From the NCBI GenBank assembly GCA_964270895.1, contig OZ185436.1: a stretch of 64,000 nucleotides of DNA; one strand, written 5' to 3'. The stretch comes from Podarcis filfolensis (taxonomy: Eukaryota). The notes under the pieces were generated by a model, which saw only the letters and a list, made by a program, of their open reading frames with translations, had not been told where the DNA came from and did no database searches. The translations under genes were made by a program, and so were the position numbers. Position 1 is the first letter of the stretch. Every line of letters begins with the position of its first letter. Shown in pieces: positions 63,408 through 64,000 of this stretch.

Positions 63408-63657
63408 CATGGATAGGCAACCTAAGGCCCGGGGCCCAGATTTGACCCAGTCGCCTTCTAAATCCGGTCCGCAGACAGTCCGGGAATCTGCGTGTTTTTA
63501 CATGAGTAGAATGTGTCCTTTTATTTAAAATGCATCTCTGGGTTATTTGTGGGGCATAGGAATTCGTTCATTATTTTTTTCAAAGTATATTCCAGCCCCC
63601 CACAAGGTCTGAGGGACAGTGGACCAGCCCCCTGCTGAAAATGTTTGCTGCCCCATG
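63408..63657. mobile_element. hAT (Charlie/MER-like) MITE just upstream of the RHOA coding exon
   Basis: catggataggcaacc / tttgctgccccatg ends; 8-bp TSD gcatagga / gtatagga. Confidence 0.75.
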
Positions 63658-63745
63658 GTATAGGAGGGTGGGATTCAGTGCAGGTGAGCAGAATACTATG
63701 GAATCGGCAGTCTTGTCAGCTTTTCCAGCCAAGAGGGAATAATAG

Positions 63746-64000
<255 letters not shown>

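Overview
Vertebrate genomic DNA, most likely a lacertid-type lizard (inferred from Sauria SINEs, Bov-B/RTE, CR1 and squamate L1/MITE families). The + strand carries a complete TRAIP gene (RING E3 ligase): CpG-island promoter at about 5.7-6.2 kb and 15 coding exons from 7787 to 33790, giving 481 aa. Its last intron is U12-type and it ends in a PIP box. Downstream on the same strand are the CpG-island promoter (about 43.8-44.95 kb), a roughly 19 kb first intron and the first coding exon (63830-63985) of RHOA or a RHOA-type paralog. The introns are dense in TEs: Tc1/mariner MITEs, hAT MITEs, Sauria SINEs, RTE, CR1 and several young 5'-truncated L1s with intact TSDs, some nested in other TEs. Highlights: (1) an in-frame tandem duplication of the conserved TRAIP FDVxTP CDK-site motif; (2) the U12 intron gating the PIP-box exon; (3) minus-strand TATA boxes in both CpG islands, each followed by candidate unannotated spliced divergent transcripts; (4) TRAIP-RHOA adjacency with no recognisable TCTA; (5) a TSD-flanked poly(A) insert carrying telomeric repeats. 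All protein comparisons are from memory; no searches were run.
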